A stretch of 64,000 nucleotides of DNA from Promethearchaeia archaeon (GTDB lineage: Archaea; Asgardarchaeota; Lokiarchaeia; Sigyniarchaeales; SOKP01), in the NCBI GenBank assembly GCA_029856145.1, contig JAHQWK010000008.1, positions 135,007-199,006 of the forward strand, written 5' to 3'. The first letter of the stretch is position 1. The number at the start of each line of letters is the position of its first letter. A model generated the notes under the pieces. The model was not told where the DNA came from. It was given only the letters and a program-made list of their open reading frames with translations, and did no database searches. Below are positions 19,078 to 28,994 of this stretch, piece after piece. Made by a program: the position numbers and the translations under genes.

Positions 19078-22000
19078 ATGGAAAAAATTGGGTCTGTTTT
19101 AGTAGTAGGAGGAGGAATAGCAGGAATCCAAGCATCAATGGATTTAGCAGATTCAGGGTTTAAAGTCTATTTAGCTGAATCATCAATGAGTATTGGAGGC
19201 GTTATGTCTCAATTAGACAAAACGTTTCCTACTAACGATTGTTCTATTTGTATACTCGCGCCTAAGTTAGTAACTGCTGGGCGTCATGAAAATATTACAC
19301 TTTTAATTAATACGACTTTAGAAAAAATTGATGGAAATCCAGGTAATTTTACTGTTGAGCTACAACAAAAAACATTATTATTAGATCAAGAAAAATGCAC
19401 TGGTTGTGGTGTATGTGCTCAAGAATGTCCTGTAGAAGCGATGGACTTCTTTAATGAAGGGTTATCGATTAGATCAGCAATATCTGTAAAATTTCCGCAA
19501 GCAGTTCCATTGGTTTTTTCAATAAACCAAGAAATATGTATAGGATGTGGATTTTGTAAAGGAGTTTGTAAAGCTAAAGCAATAGATTACACTCTTGAGG
19601 ATAAATTTACTACTTTGAATGTTGGAGCTATTGTTTTAGCACTTGGGTTTGATGAATATGATCCTAGTCTTACTCAACAATATGGATATAGTAAATATTT
19701 GAATGTGGTCACTAGTATTGAATTTGAGCGGATATTAAGCGCAAGTGGCCCACATTCAGGACTTATCCTTAGACCATCTGATGGAATAATTCCAAGAAAA
19801 ATAGCATTCCTACAGTGTGTAGGATCAAGAGATAAGAAACATGGCGTAGAATATTGTTCTTCAGTTTGTTGTATGTATACAGCTAAAGAGGCGGTAATTG
19901 CCAAAGAACATATGGAAATCATTGAACCTACGATTTTTTCAATGGATGTGAGAGCTGTTGGAAAAGATTTCGATAAATATATTGAACGCGCTCAAGATGA
20001 ATATGGCATAAGATATATTAGAAGTAGAATATCAGATATTACAGAAATACTCGGGACTAAAGACCTAATCCTTCATTTCGAAAATGAGGAAGGAAAAGTA
20101 GTTAGTGAGGTTTTTAATTTAGTTGTTTTAGCTGTAGGGGCTTTACCAAATCATAGCACAAAAGAATTAGCAAAAAAATTAAACATTGAATTGAATAATT
20201 ATGATTTCTGTAAGACAAAACCTTTTTCCCCAGTAGAAACATCTAGAGAAGGAATTTATGTATGTGGCATGATTTCAGAACCTAAAGATATTCCAGAAAC
20301 AGTTGTAGAGGCAAGTGCTGCAGCAGGTGCTGTAAATATTCTTTTATCTGATGTGAGAAACACATTAATTACTAAAAAAGAATTACCAAAAGAAATTGAT
20401 ACAAGTGGAGAACCCCCTCGCATCGGCGTTTTTATATGTCATTGTGGGATTAATATCGGAGGTGTTGTAAATGTTCCTGAAGTTGTTGATTATGCAATTC
20501 AATTACCGGATGTAATTTATGCAGAAAGGAATTTATATACGTGCTCGGCGGATACCCAAACTAATATTAAAGAACAAATTAAGGAGCATAATTTAAATCG
20601 AGTAATAGTTGCTTCATGTACCCCAAGAACCCATGAACCTTTATTTCAAGCAACCATTAGAGAGGCAGGCTTGAATAAGTATCTCTTTGATTTAGCAAAT
20701 ATTCGAGATCAATGTTCATGGGTACATATGCATAAACCAGAAGAGGCAACAGAGAAAGCCAAGGACTTAGTAAGGATGGCTGTTGCTAAAGCTCGAAAAT
20801 TAGTCCCTCTTCAAGAACAACAAGTAGAAGTAATTCACAAGGGAATGGTAATTGGAGGAGGAGTTGCAGGGATGACAGCAGCCTTAAATCTTGCAAATCA
20901 AGGATTTGAAGTTTTTCTCGTGGAGAAAAGTGATAAATTAGGGGGATTTTCTACTAATATTTATCAAACTATAGAAAATTATAATGTTCAAGAATTTCTA
21001 AAAGATTTAATAAAAAAAGTTAATGATAATAAGTTCATTAATGTATTTCTTAACGCTAGAATTAGTTCAATAGGAGGATATGTTTGTAACTTTACAACCA
21101 AAATTACCTATGGTGAAGATAAACAAAAGAAAGAATTCCAGCACGGTATTATTATAGTGGCTACTGGTGCTCATGAATATCAACCTAAAAATAATGAATT
21201 TCTTTTTGGGAAAGATAAAAGAATTATTTTACAATCAGAACTCGAAAAAATTCTTTTTACTGAAGAAGAGAAAATTAACAATCTAAATTCATTAGTAATG
21301 ATACAATGCGTTGGCTCACGAAATGAGGAACATCCTTATTGTAGTAGAATGTGTTGCAGTGAAGCTATTAAAAATGCTTTAAAGGCAAAAGAAATTAATC
21401 CAAATCTTAATATCACTGTTTTATATAGGGATATAAGAACCTATGGTTTTAAAGAAAAATATTATGATTTAGCAAGAGAAAAAGGAGTTATTTTTCTTAG
21501 GTTTAAAGATGATAAACCTCCAGAAATTAAGCTAGAAAATGGTAAATTAAGCATTTATATAGATAAACCGGATATTGGAAATATCAAGATAAATTCAGAT
21601 CTAGTTGCTCTAAGCGCCGGTATAGTTACCGATGGCCAAGCAAACGAAAATTTGGCAAAAATGCTGAAGGTCCCTACTAATGACGATAATTTTTTCTTAG
21701 AGGCTCATGTAAAGCTCCGACCATCAGATTTCGCAACTGATGGTATCTTTTTATGTGGTACTGCTCGTGGAACTGCAACAATTAGCGAAAGTGTAGCACA
21801 GGCAATGTCAGCTGCCTCTAGAGCCACTACAATTTTATCTAAAGATATTTTAATTACTGAAGGTGTTATTTCAAAAGTTGACCCTGCCCTATGCATTGGT
21901 TGTAATAGATGTGCTGACGTCTGTAATTACGGTGCTGTTGGGGTAAAATTTGAAGAAGGTTTAATGATATCTGAAGTTAATCCGTTACTTTGTAAAGGAT

Positions 22001-22539
22001 GTGGAGATTGTGCTGCTGAGTGTCCAGCAGAAGCTATAACAATGAGTCATTTTGGTCGAATTCAAATAGAACCAATGATAACTGAAGCTGCTAAAACTAC
22101 AGTTGCAAATGGTCAACCTAGAATTGTTGCCTTTCTCTGCAACTGGTGTAGTTATGCCGGGGCCGATTTAGCTGGAGTAAGTCGATACCAATATCCTCCA
22201 AATATAAGAACTATAAGAGTTATGTGTTCTGGTGGTATTCCAAAGAGTTTTATATTACAAGCATTTTTAGAAGGGGCTGATGGTGTTTTTATTGGAGGAT
22301 GCCATCTTGGAGATTGTCATTATATAGCGGGAAATCAAGATACTTTAAGAAGAACCGATGAAATTGAAAAAGTAATAGAATCCCTTGGAATTAATCCAGA
22401 AAGATTCATGCGAAAATGGGTTTCTGCAAGTGAAGGAAAAATATTTGCTGACACCATTACAGAATTTACCGAAAAGTTAAAAAAATTAGGCCCAATTGAA
22501 AATGATTATAAAAAAAAAGAAATAATCATAACAGAATAA
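19078..22539 (+). CDS. hdrA: Long HdrA (two FAD domains) fused to MvhD
   Basis: Collinear with the 431-aa + 555-aa HdrA halves, followed by a FLCNWCSYAGAD...GCHLGDCHY MvhD domain. Confidence 0.92.
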   Translation: MEKIGSVLVVGGGIAGIQASMDLADSGFKVYLAESSMSIGGVMSQLDKTFPTNDCSICILAPKLVTAGRHENITLLINTTLEKIDGNPGNFTVELQQKTLLLDQEKCTGCGVCAQECPVEAMDFFNEGLSIRSAISVKFPQAVPLVFSINQEICIGCGFCKGVCKAKAIDYTLEDKFTTLNVGAIVLALGFDEYDPSLTQQYGYSKYLNVVTSIEFERILSASGPHSGLILRPSDGIIPRKIAFLQCVGSRDKKHGVEYCSSVCCMYTAKEAVIAKEHMEIIEPTIFSMDVRAVGKDFDKYIERAQDEYGIRYIRSRISDITEILGTKDLILHFENEEGKVVSEVFNLVVLAVGALPNHSTKELAKKLNIELNNYDFCKTKPFSPVETSREGIYVCGMISEPKDIPETVVEASAAAGAVNILLSDVRNTLITKKELPKEIDTSGEPPRIGVFICHCGINIGGVVNVPEVVDYAIQLPDVIYAERNLYTCSADTQTNIKEQIKEHNLNRVIVASCTPRTHEPLFQATIREAGLNKYLFDLANIRDQCSWVHMHKPEEATEKAKDLVRMAVAKARKLVPLQEQQVEVIHKGMVIGGGVAGMTAALNLANQGFEVFLVEKSDKLGGFSTNIYQTIENYNVQEFLKDLIKKVNDNKFINVFLNARISSIGGYVCNFTTKITYGEDKQKKEFQHGIIIVATGAHEYQPKNNEFLFGKDKRIILQSELEKILFTEEEKINNLNSLVMIQCVGSRNEEHPYCSRMCCSEAIKNALKAKEINPNLNITVLYRDIRTYGFKEKYYDLAREKGVIFLRFKDDKPPEIKLENGKLSIYIDKPDIGNIKINSDLVALSAGIVTDGQANENLAKMLKVPTNDDNFFLEAHVKLRPSDFATDGIFLCGTARGTATISESVAQAMSAASRATTILSKDILITEGVISKVDPALCIGCNRCADVCNYGAVGVKFEEGLMISEVNPLLCKGCGDCAAECPAEAITMSHFGRIQIEPMITEAAKTTVANGQPRIVAFLCNWCSYAGADLAGVSRYQYPPNIRTIRVMCSGGIPKSFILQAFLEGADGVFIGGCHLGDCHYIAGNQDTLRRTDEIEKVIESLGINPERFMRKWVSASEGKIFADTITEFTEKLKKLGPIENDYKKKEIIITE

Positions 22540-22576
22540 GAATTTTATCAAGTTCATAAAATTAGGAGTTTTTAAT

Positions 22577-23275
22577 ATGATAATAACTAAACAAAAAGAT
22601 ATTGAAGAAATATACGATATGATAAAACCATACTCGAAAATCCTTGTTGCTGGGTGTGATGGTTGCTGTCAACCTCCACGTTCAATAAATGAAGCAAAAG
22701 TTCTAGCCCAAATGCTCGAATTAAAAGCAAGGAGTGAAGGAAAAGAATTAAAATGGAGGGCTATAACGGTTTTAAGACAATGTGATGACAGAATTGCCGC
22801 TACAACAATTAGACCCTTTATTGAAGAATATGATGCAATTGTTTCATTAGCATGTGGTTTAGGTGTAGGAATGCTGAATAAAATCTTTCCTACAATTCTC
22901 ACTTTCCCGGCACAAAATAGTATGTTTGGAGGTGCAGAGATTAATGGAGAAAATTATTTTGCTGAATACTGCGAAACTTGTGGGGATTGTCTACTGGGAG
23001 TTACAGGTGGGATTTGTCCTATGGCGGGGTGTGCTAAAAACCTCAGTAACGGTCCTTGTGGAGGACAAGTCGAAGGTAAATGTGAAGTAGGAGGGTATAT
23101 ACATGATTGTGCGTGGGTAAAAATGTGGGAACGCCTGAAGCAATTTAACAGATTAGATCTATTCACAATCTATAGACCACCTCGTAATTATCAGTTATGG
23201 TCAAGTCCAAGATTTTTACATATTTATGAACCCATTTCAAATGAGGAAGAACAGAAAAAGGAGGAGAAAGTATAA
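22577..23275 (+). CDS. metV: Methylene-THF reductase Fe-S subunit MetV
   Basis: GCDGC, RQCD, LACGLG, CETCGDC.L..TGGICP...CAK.L.NGPCGG...GKCE...CAW. Confidence 0.92.
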   Translation: MIITKQKDIEEIYDMIKPYSKILVAGCDGCCQPPRSINEAKVLAQMLELKARSEGKELKWRAITVLRQCDDRIAATTIRPFIEEYDAIVSLACGLGVGMLNKIFPTILTFPAQNSMFGGAEINGENYFAEYCETCGDCLLGVTGGICPMAGCAKNLSNGPCGGQVEGKCEVGGYIHDCAWVKMWERLKQFNRLDLFTIYRPPRNYQLWSSPRFLHIYEPISNEEEQKKEEKV

Positions 23276-23276
23276 G

Positions 23277-24209
23277 ATGCCAAACAGACCTGCTTTCAGT
23301 AATTTAGTAAAAACAATCAGAGAAGGTAAATTTGTGTTCACGGGCGAATTAGAACCTGAGAAAGATTTTGATTTAAAGCATGTTCTGCATTCTGCAGAAG
23401 AAATGAAAAAAACTGGAAAAATAATTGCAGCTAACGTTACTGATGGCCCCCAAGGAGATGCTTATACCTGCTCCATGGTGCCTTGTTACTTAGTTCAAGA
23501 AAAAGTTGGATTAGAAGCGATTTGGCAGATGACCGTGAGGGATCGAAATCGAATTGCGTTATTTGGCGATATCTTAGGTGGAGCTATACTTGGCCTTAAA
23601 AATTTACTTGCATTAACAGGAGATCATTCTGCCCTTGGAGATCATCAAAATGCTAGAGCTGTATATGATTTAGATTCCACTCAATTGATAGAACTAATTT
23701 CAAAAATGGTTGATGAAGGAACTGATTTAGAAGGTAATGAAATACAGGGGGGAAAACCCCAGTTAAATGTTGGCTGTGCAGCAAATCCAAATTCAAATCC
23801 AAGAGAACCAGAAATCCTAAAAGTTGGTAGAAAGGTAGAAGTAGGAGCAGATTTTATTCAAACCCAAACATCATTTGATGTAGATGATGCTAAGGAATTC
23901 CTAAAAGAATTAGAAAGATTCAATATCCCTGTTTTGCTTGGCTTATTTCCGATAAAAAATTATGGTATTGCATGGTATTTTAATGAATATATTCCCGGTG
24001 TTTCAGTTCCTAAGGATTTTCTTGATGCCTTAAAAGCAACTAAAAAAATAAAAGATAAAAAAGAAAAATATGCTGCGATCGATAAAATTAATCTAGAGTT
24101 TTACGAACCATTTATCAAAGAAATTAAGAAAACTACGAAAGCTGCAGGAATTCATTGCATGGCAGTACATTATGAAAGATTATTTGGACCACTCCTTAAG
24201 GACTTCTGA
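23277..24209 (+). CDS. metF: Methylenetetrahydrofolate reductase MetF
   Basis: TGELEPEK, NVTD, QMTVRDRNR, LALTGDH, YDLDS, DFIQTQ, GIHCM; ATG 23277 follows SD AGGAGG (track start 23226 overlaps metV). Confidence 0.93.
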   Translation: MPNRPAFSNLVKTIREGKFVFTGELEPEKDFDLKHVLHSAEEMKKTGKIIAANVTDGPQGDAYTCSMVPCYLVQEKVGLEAIWQMTVRDRNRIALFGDILGGAILGLKNLLALTGDHSALGDHQNARAVYDLDSTQLIELISKMVDEGTDLEGNEIQGGKPQLNVGCAANPNSNPREPEILKVGRKVEVGADFIQTQTSFDVDDAKEFLKELERFNIPVLLGLFPIKNYGIAWYFNEYIPGVSVPKDFLDALKATKKIKDKKEKYAAIDKINLEFYEPFIKEIKKTTKAAGIHCMAVHYERLFGPLLKDF

Positions 24210-24286
24210 AAATGGGTGCATTTAATAAAAGAAATATAATTTTTTAAATTTTAAATTAAAATAAAAAAGAAACGAAGGAATTAATA

Positions 24287-24754
24287 ATGAAAAATTTGGA
24301 TGATAAGGATAAGAGAATTCTGGAAATGCTTCTTGAGGATTCTAGAAGACCATACCACGAAATTGCAGCAGATGTAAATGTAAACTTATCTGAATCTACT
24401 GTAAGAAAAAGAGTTATCAAGCTTCAAGAAGAAGGAGTAATTGAAAACTTTACTATAAAGATCTGTCGTGAAGATGAGAGATGTATTATTGCATTTATTA
24501 CATTAATTCCAAAAACTCAGGCTGAGACAAAAGAATTGTTGAGAGAAGCACAAATTCTTCCTCAATGTGAGGAAGTTTATTTTCTCGCGGGAGAATGTGG
24601 TGTTTTAGTAAAAGTTAATGTACCAGAAATAATTGAATTAGATGCGTTAATAGAGTCATTTCGTGGTCGTGCTGATGTAAAAAGCGTTGAGAGAGTATGC
24701 GTTGTTTTAAGACCAATAAAAACAGTCTTACAATCTAAAGATAGAGTTTTATAA
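24287..24754 (+). CDS. Lrp/AsnC family regulator
   Basis: LDDKDKRILEML.EDSRRPY.EIA...LSESTVRKRV. Confidence 0.92.
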   Translation: MKNLDDKDKRILEMLLEDSRRPYHEIAADVNVNLSESTVRKRVIKLQEEGVIENFTIKICREDERCIIAFITLIPKTQAETKELLREAQILPQCEEVYFLAGECGVLVKVNVPEIIELDALIESFRGRADVKSVERVCVVLRPIKTVLQSKDRVL

Positions 24755-24782
24755 AGATAAAATAATTAAGGTCTAAAGTAAT

Positions 24783-25385
24783 TTAATTGAACCAGTTTAC
24801 AGTTGAAACTAATTTGTGTTTGTAGTACTTTCCTAGAATTAATCTTAGAATCTCTTCAAAACAATCTAGAACCCCCTCTCCGCTGATTGCAATAGTAAAT
24901 CTTGTCTCCACTTTTTGATACATATCAAGCTTTATTTCTCTTAGGAAAACTCTGGAATTAAATTTTTCTGGTAAATCTTGTTTATTAAATGCAATTATTA
25001 TTGGAATCTCTTTAAGTGATTCACGAAAATATGAGATAAGTTCTTGCCAAGACGCTAAATTACGCTCATAAACTTTTTCTTGTGAATCTGCCACGAAGAT
25101 TATCCCATCAACTGCCCGTAATGTGACTGGTCTAGTAATAAAATAAAAATCTTGACCTGTTGTGGTATAAATATGAAGTTTCAATCTCCATTCTTCATTT
25201 TGAAATGTAACTGTACCATAGTCAAAAAATAAAGTCCTATTCACAGTACTCTCAATACTGTGGAGTGCTTCACCCTTACCAAAATGAGAAAATAAAGTTT
25301 TAATAGATGTAGTCTTACCTGAAAAAGCGGGTCCGAAATAAACAATTTTAATGGAAATGGTTTTGTCAATATGGTCAATTATCAA
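24783..25385 (-). CDS. MglA-like small GTPase
   Basis: KIVYFGPAFSGKTT, RTLFFDY, YTTTGQDFY, DGIIFVADSQ, NKQDLP. Confidence 0.88.
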   Translation of the reverse strand: MIIDHIDKTISIKIVYFGPAFSGKTTSIKTLFSHFGKGEALHSIESTVNRTLFFDYGTVTFQNEEWRLKLHIYTTTGQDFYFITRPVTLRAVDGIIFVADSQEKVYERNLASWQELISYFRESLKEIPIIIAFNKQDLPEKFNSRVFLREIKLDMYQKVETRFTIAISGEGVLDCFEEILRLILGKYYKHKLVSTVNWFN

Positions 25386-25542
25386 TATAAACTCAACTTT
25401 TAATCTTCTTAACTGTTAATTTTAAAATAGCTTTAAAAAAGACTTGAATTATTTTCGTGTCTAAGTTAAAACAAAAATATAACAGATTTATTTCAATTTT
25501 AATACTTAAGTTAAAAAAATAAAATCATATCTAAAGACTATA

Positions 25543-26700
25543 ATGATTGAAGAAGCCCGAATTATAAAAAATCTTAAAAATTTTGCTTTTCCTCGATTAT
25601 CGGGAACGGGATTTGAACTTAAAGCTTTTAATAAAGTAAAGAGAGAAGTAGAGAATTTGAATTTAGAATATAAAGTCCGGCGCTTTACTTTCAGTTCTTT
25701 TTATTCGAGATTATATCCTAAAATAGCATTTTTATCCGTCTCGTTAATTTTATTATTACTATACTTGAATATATATATGATTATGTCTTTAGTTTTTATA
25801 CTCTTATTACTTGGAATAGTTATTGCGTCCATTATATTGACGAGAAAACCTGAAAAAATTCAATTTATTACAAAATTAAATTCCCAAAACCTTATAGTAA
25901 GGATTAAATCTATGTCGAATGAAATAAAGAATAACGACAGGATTGCATTGTTTATTAGTCACATAGATTCCAAAGGACAAAGATTCAAGATTAGAATCCG
26001 GATAAGAATAATAAAACTTTGGATCTATTCTTCAATTGTTCTAGCTCTAATTATACTCTTTAAAAACTTCAGATTTATTGGATTTGAAATAATATTTTAT
26101 ATTATTGGGTTGTTTCCGTTAATATTGAACATGTTCGCAACAATACTAATGATTCTTAACACTACAAATAATACTTCTGAAGGTGCTGTTGATAATGCTT
26201 CTGGTATAGCATGCAATTTAGAGCTTTTAAACCATTATAATAATCCTGAAAACAGATTAATTAATTATAATATGTGGTTTCTTTTTACTGGAGCTGAAGA
26301 ATGTGGAACAATGGGTATAAGGCATTTTTATAATAATTTGGAAAAATTTGATCGCAATAAATCGATAATATTTAATTTTGAATCTATTGGTAATCATGTA
26401 TATATATTTCCAGGAGTAAAAGGGGATCACGCCAAAAATATTGATTATTTGCTTTTGAATAATAAGAGAAATCTTCCTATCAGACATTATCATACAGAAA
26501 GAGTTCTAGGGACTCATTCTGATGGAGTATTTTTAGGAGATAGTGGTCTTCAAGGCTTTGAATTTGGTCAGGTGGAAGCATATGATTATATGCATACTCC
26601 TAATGATACAATTGACAAAATTGATACGAAGCTTTTAAAGAAATTATGTTTAATTCTTACAGACGCTTTAAAAAAGCACGACTCCAATTTTATTTCATAA
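25543..26700 (+). CDS. Membrane-embedded M28 family metallopeptidase
   Basis: PRLSGT, SHIDS, GAVDNASG, GAEECG..G, HSD, HTPND; two TM hairpins. Confidence 0.88.
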   Translation: MIEEARIIKNLKNFAFPRLSGTGFELKAFNKVKREVENLNLEYKVRRFTFSSFYSRLYPKIAFLSVSLILLLLYLNIYMIMSLVFILLLLGIVIASIILTRKPEKIQFITKLNSQNLIVRIKSMSNEIKNNDRIALFISHIDSKGQRFKIRIRIRIIKLWIYSSIVLALIILFKNFRFIGFEIIFYIIGLFPLILNMFATILMILNTTNNTSEGAVDNASGIACNLELLNHYNNPENRLINYNMWFLFTGAEECGTMGIRHFYNNLEKFDRNKSIIFNFESIGNHVYIFPGVKGDHAKNIDYLLLNNKRNLPIRHYHTERVLGTHSDGVFLGDSGLQGFEFGQVEAYDYMHTPNDTIDKIDTKLLKKLCLILTDALKKHDSNFIS

Positions 26701-26752
26701 ATTAAAGCAAAAATATATATCTTAAAAGTAAAAAGAGATATAACTAAAAAAA

Positions 26753-26917
26753 CTACAATATAATTTTACCTTTTTTTGCTAACTCCTGAGCTCCCTCATC
26801 TGTACTCTCTAGAATCTTAAACATCTCCTCAGGTGCGACAATTAAGGCACCATCAAGCAATTTTTATAAACAAATCATAGTACTAATGCGCACATTCTTC
26901 TGTCAATGAAAAATTAC
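26753..26917 (-). pseudogene. Decayed copy of the 3' half of the 30819..31160 gene
   Basis: Translates VIFH*QKNVRISTMICL*KLLDGALIVAPEEMFKILESTDEGAQELAKK versus intact VIFHLQKNERINTVIGLQKLLDAALIVAPEEMFKILESADEGAQELAKK; two in-frame stops, no 5' half. Confidence 0.9.
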
Positions 26918-27004
26918 ACATTTTTTTGATTCATACAAAAAATTAAATTTAAAAGTTGTATCTTATATAAAAATACTCTTTAACTAAAAAATCTAAAATA
27001 ATGT

Positions 27005-27775
27005 GTGAATAATATGCCATTAGAAAGAAAGAATTTTATTGGATTTATTATTGGAACTTTTCTCGTAGCAGGGGTATCCGGTGGATTTATTGGTTATTTT
27101 TTCCCTAGAATAGCAGAAGGGGGGGCGTTTAATGTTGTTATTGATGGTAATTTTAATGCAGCTGAAGGGTGGCAATACTCCGATTGGCAATTTATAGAAT
27201 ATTTATTAACTGATGATGACAATTTAGATACGCATAATTTCTTTTATGTTCATTTAACATCAACATCACTTTATATTTTAGTAGATTTTGCAAGTGATAT
27301 TACTGCTAATACAACTGACGAATTTCTTGCTGTTTGGATTGATACTGACAATTCCCTCAGTGAATTTATTAGTGAGGGTCATTGGAATACCTTCGCTGCA
27401 GATCCAGGACATGAAATGTTATGTTATATACCAGAAGCGGAACATATCAATGATACACTTAATTTAGGGGGTCGTGAATATACTGCAACATTAAATAACA
27501 CAAATTCTATAGTTGAGTATGGATTCCAATCTTCTATAAATTCGCCAAATTTGCATCGAATTTTTGAAATAGAAATAGATAGAGCTGCTTTAAAAGGGTT
27601 CAATTCTACTAATTTCAATGTAGGATTTTTAGGATATGGAACAGTTTTTATTCCAATATATACTGATTTTGGTTTTTGGGGCGCTCCAACACTTTTTGTT
27701 TCAGAATTCTATGATCATAGTGGATGGGTAAGAGAACGGACTTTCTTTAAATGTGGATACGGAGTAGAAATGTAA
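27005..27775 (+). CDS. Membrane-anchored extracellular protein, possibly DOMON/CBM9-like beta-sandwich
   Basis: N-terminal TM; IDG.F...W, LYILVD, AVWIDTDN, FEIEI motifs. Confidence 0.7.
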   Translation: MNNMPLERKNFIGFIIGTFLVAGVSGGFIGYFFPRIAEGGAFNVVIDGNFNAAEGWQYSDWQFIEYLLTDDDNLDTHNFFYVHLTSTSLYILVDFASDITANTTDEFLAVWIDTDNSLSEFISEGHWNTFAADPGHEMLCYIPEAEHINDTLNLGGREYTATLNNTNSIVEYGFQSSINSPNLHRIFEIEIDRAALKGFNSTNFNVGFLGYGTVFIPIYTDFGFWGAPTLFVSEFYDHSGWVRERTFFKCGYGVEM

Positions 27776-27872
27776 AATTAAAAAAAACCTAATTAACTTT
27801 TTTTATTTTTTTTACAGTTATTCAATTTTTTACATGTTTAATTAAGAAGTAAAAATTTCTCGAGAAAATCTT

Positions 27873-28808
27873 TCACATTATTTCTTTTTTAAAGAATTTA
27901 AGAGGATCTTCCAATTCGGGACTTTCTACAACTATAACCATTTTTTCTACTCCTAAATTTTCGACTTCCCGTATTTTTTCTTTAATATCCTCAATATTTC
28001 CCATGAAGACGTATTTCAAATTTGATTTAAAGATCTTTTTTTCTTTTCTTATTCTTTCAAGCGCTTCATGACTACTCACTATTGTTATATTAGTATATAT
28101 AGAAATTTCAAACTCTGATAAAGCACGACCGTATTTCTTTAATTTTTCATTAATAATAGAAATACTTTCTCTAAATCTTTTTAGATCTCTTGGAATTACA
28201 TAAGCAAGGTTTACTCCATCTGCTTCTCTACAAGCAATATCGATCATTCTTTTCCCATTGTTTGTTCCAACAACGATCTGCGGGTAAGGTTTCTGAATTG
28301 ATTTAGGAAAATTCCTATGGTTTTCCAGTTTCCAAAATTTTCCTTCAAAATTAGTTTCATCTTCAGTAAATATTTTCTTATAAATAGTTAGTGACTCCTC
28401 CAACTCATCAACTCTTCTTTTTGGTGACGCAAATGGATAACTATAGGCCTCATATTCCCCTCTAAACCACCCCGCTCCCAACCACAGTAAAATACGACCA
28501 TTAGAAATATGATCTAAGGTTAAAATAATTTTTGCTAAATAAGCTGGGTTACGATAGGAATTACACAAAACAATATGACCTAATTTAATTCTGTCTGTTT
28601 CTGTAGCTAAAGCAGCTAAAAGGGTATTAGATTCTAAAAAAGGTTGTTGTCTTATTTTAAGGTCAAGAGCTTTAGTCACCCCCGCCCTAAAAAAATGATC
28701 AGTAATATGAACAGACTCAAACCCTAATCCTTCAACCTTTACTGTTAAATCTCTAATTTCAGGATATGTATGATGTTTTAGATCTCTTACACAATACCCA
28801 AATCTCAT
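27873..28808 (-). CDS. LLM-class (luciferase-like, probably F420-dependent) oxidoreductase
   Basis: GFESV.ITDH, LAALATET.RIKLG..VLCNSYRNPA.LAK...LDHIS.GR..L.LGAGW. Confidence 0.92.
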   Translation of the reverse strand: MRFGYCVRDLKHHTYPEIRDLTVKVEGLGFESVHITDHFFRAGVTKALDLKIRQQPFLESNTLLAALATETDRIKLGHIVLCNSYRNPAYLAKIILTLDHISNGRILLWLGAGWFRGEYEAYSYPFASPKRRVDELEESLTIYKKIFTEDETNFEGKFWKLENHRNFPKSIQKPYPQIVVGTNNGKRMIDIACREADGVNLAYVIPRDLKRFRESISIINEKLKKYGRALSEFEISIYTNITIVSSHEALERIRKEKKIFKSNLKYVFMGNIEDIKEKIREVENLGVEKMVIVVESPELEDPLKFFKKEIM

Positions 28809-28875
28809 AGTCTTAAAAAAAACCTAACAATATTAAGTCTTATCATTTTCCTCGAAAAATGCAAATATAAGTAAG

Positions 28876-28915
28876 CATTACCAAAATCATTACCAAAATT
28901 ACCAAAATTTTTGGT
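28876..28915. repeat. Three direct TACCAAAAT repeats ending in palindrome ACCAAAA-T-TTTTGGT
   Basis: CATTACCAAAAT CATTACCAAAAT TACCAAAAT TTTTGGT read directly, between divergent genes. Confidence 0.8.
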
Positions 28916-28994
28916 TATAAAAGCTTTAATCTATTCAAAACTTCAGTTATTAAAGAAAATAATTTTCTTATTAAGTTTAAATCATTGGCGAGTT

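Noticed and set aside
15470-19265. Near-identical ~35-nt DNA segments at ~15480 and ~19219
   Set aside because: Explained by the conserved QLDKTFPTNDCSIC motif in paralogous hdrA genes; not a mobile repeat.
15336-22539. Selenocysteine (TGA) recoding in HdrA/MvhD, known for some Lokiarchaeal homologues
   Set aside because: All relevant positions are Cys codons (CVGSR, CNWC, GCHLGDC), the ORFs are uninterrupted, and the split HdrA genes end in TAA.
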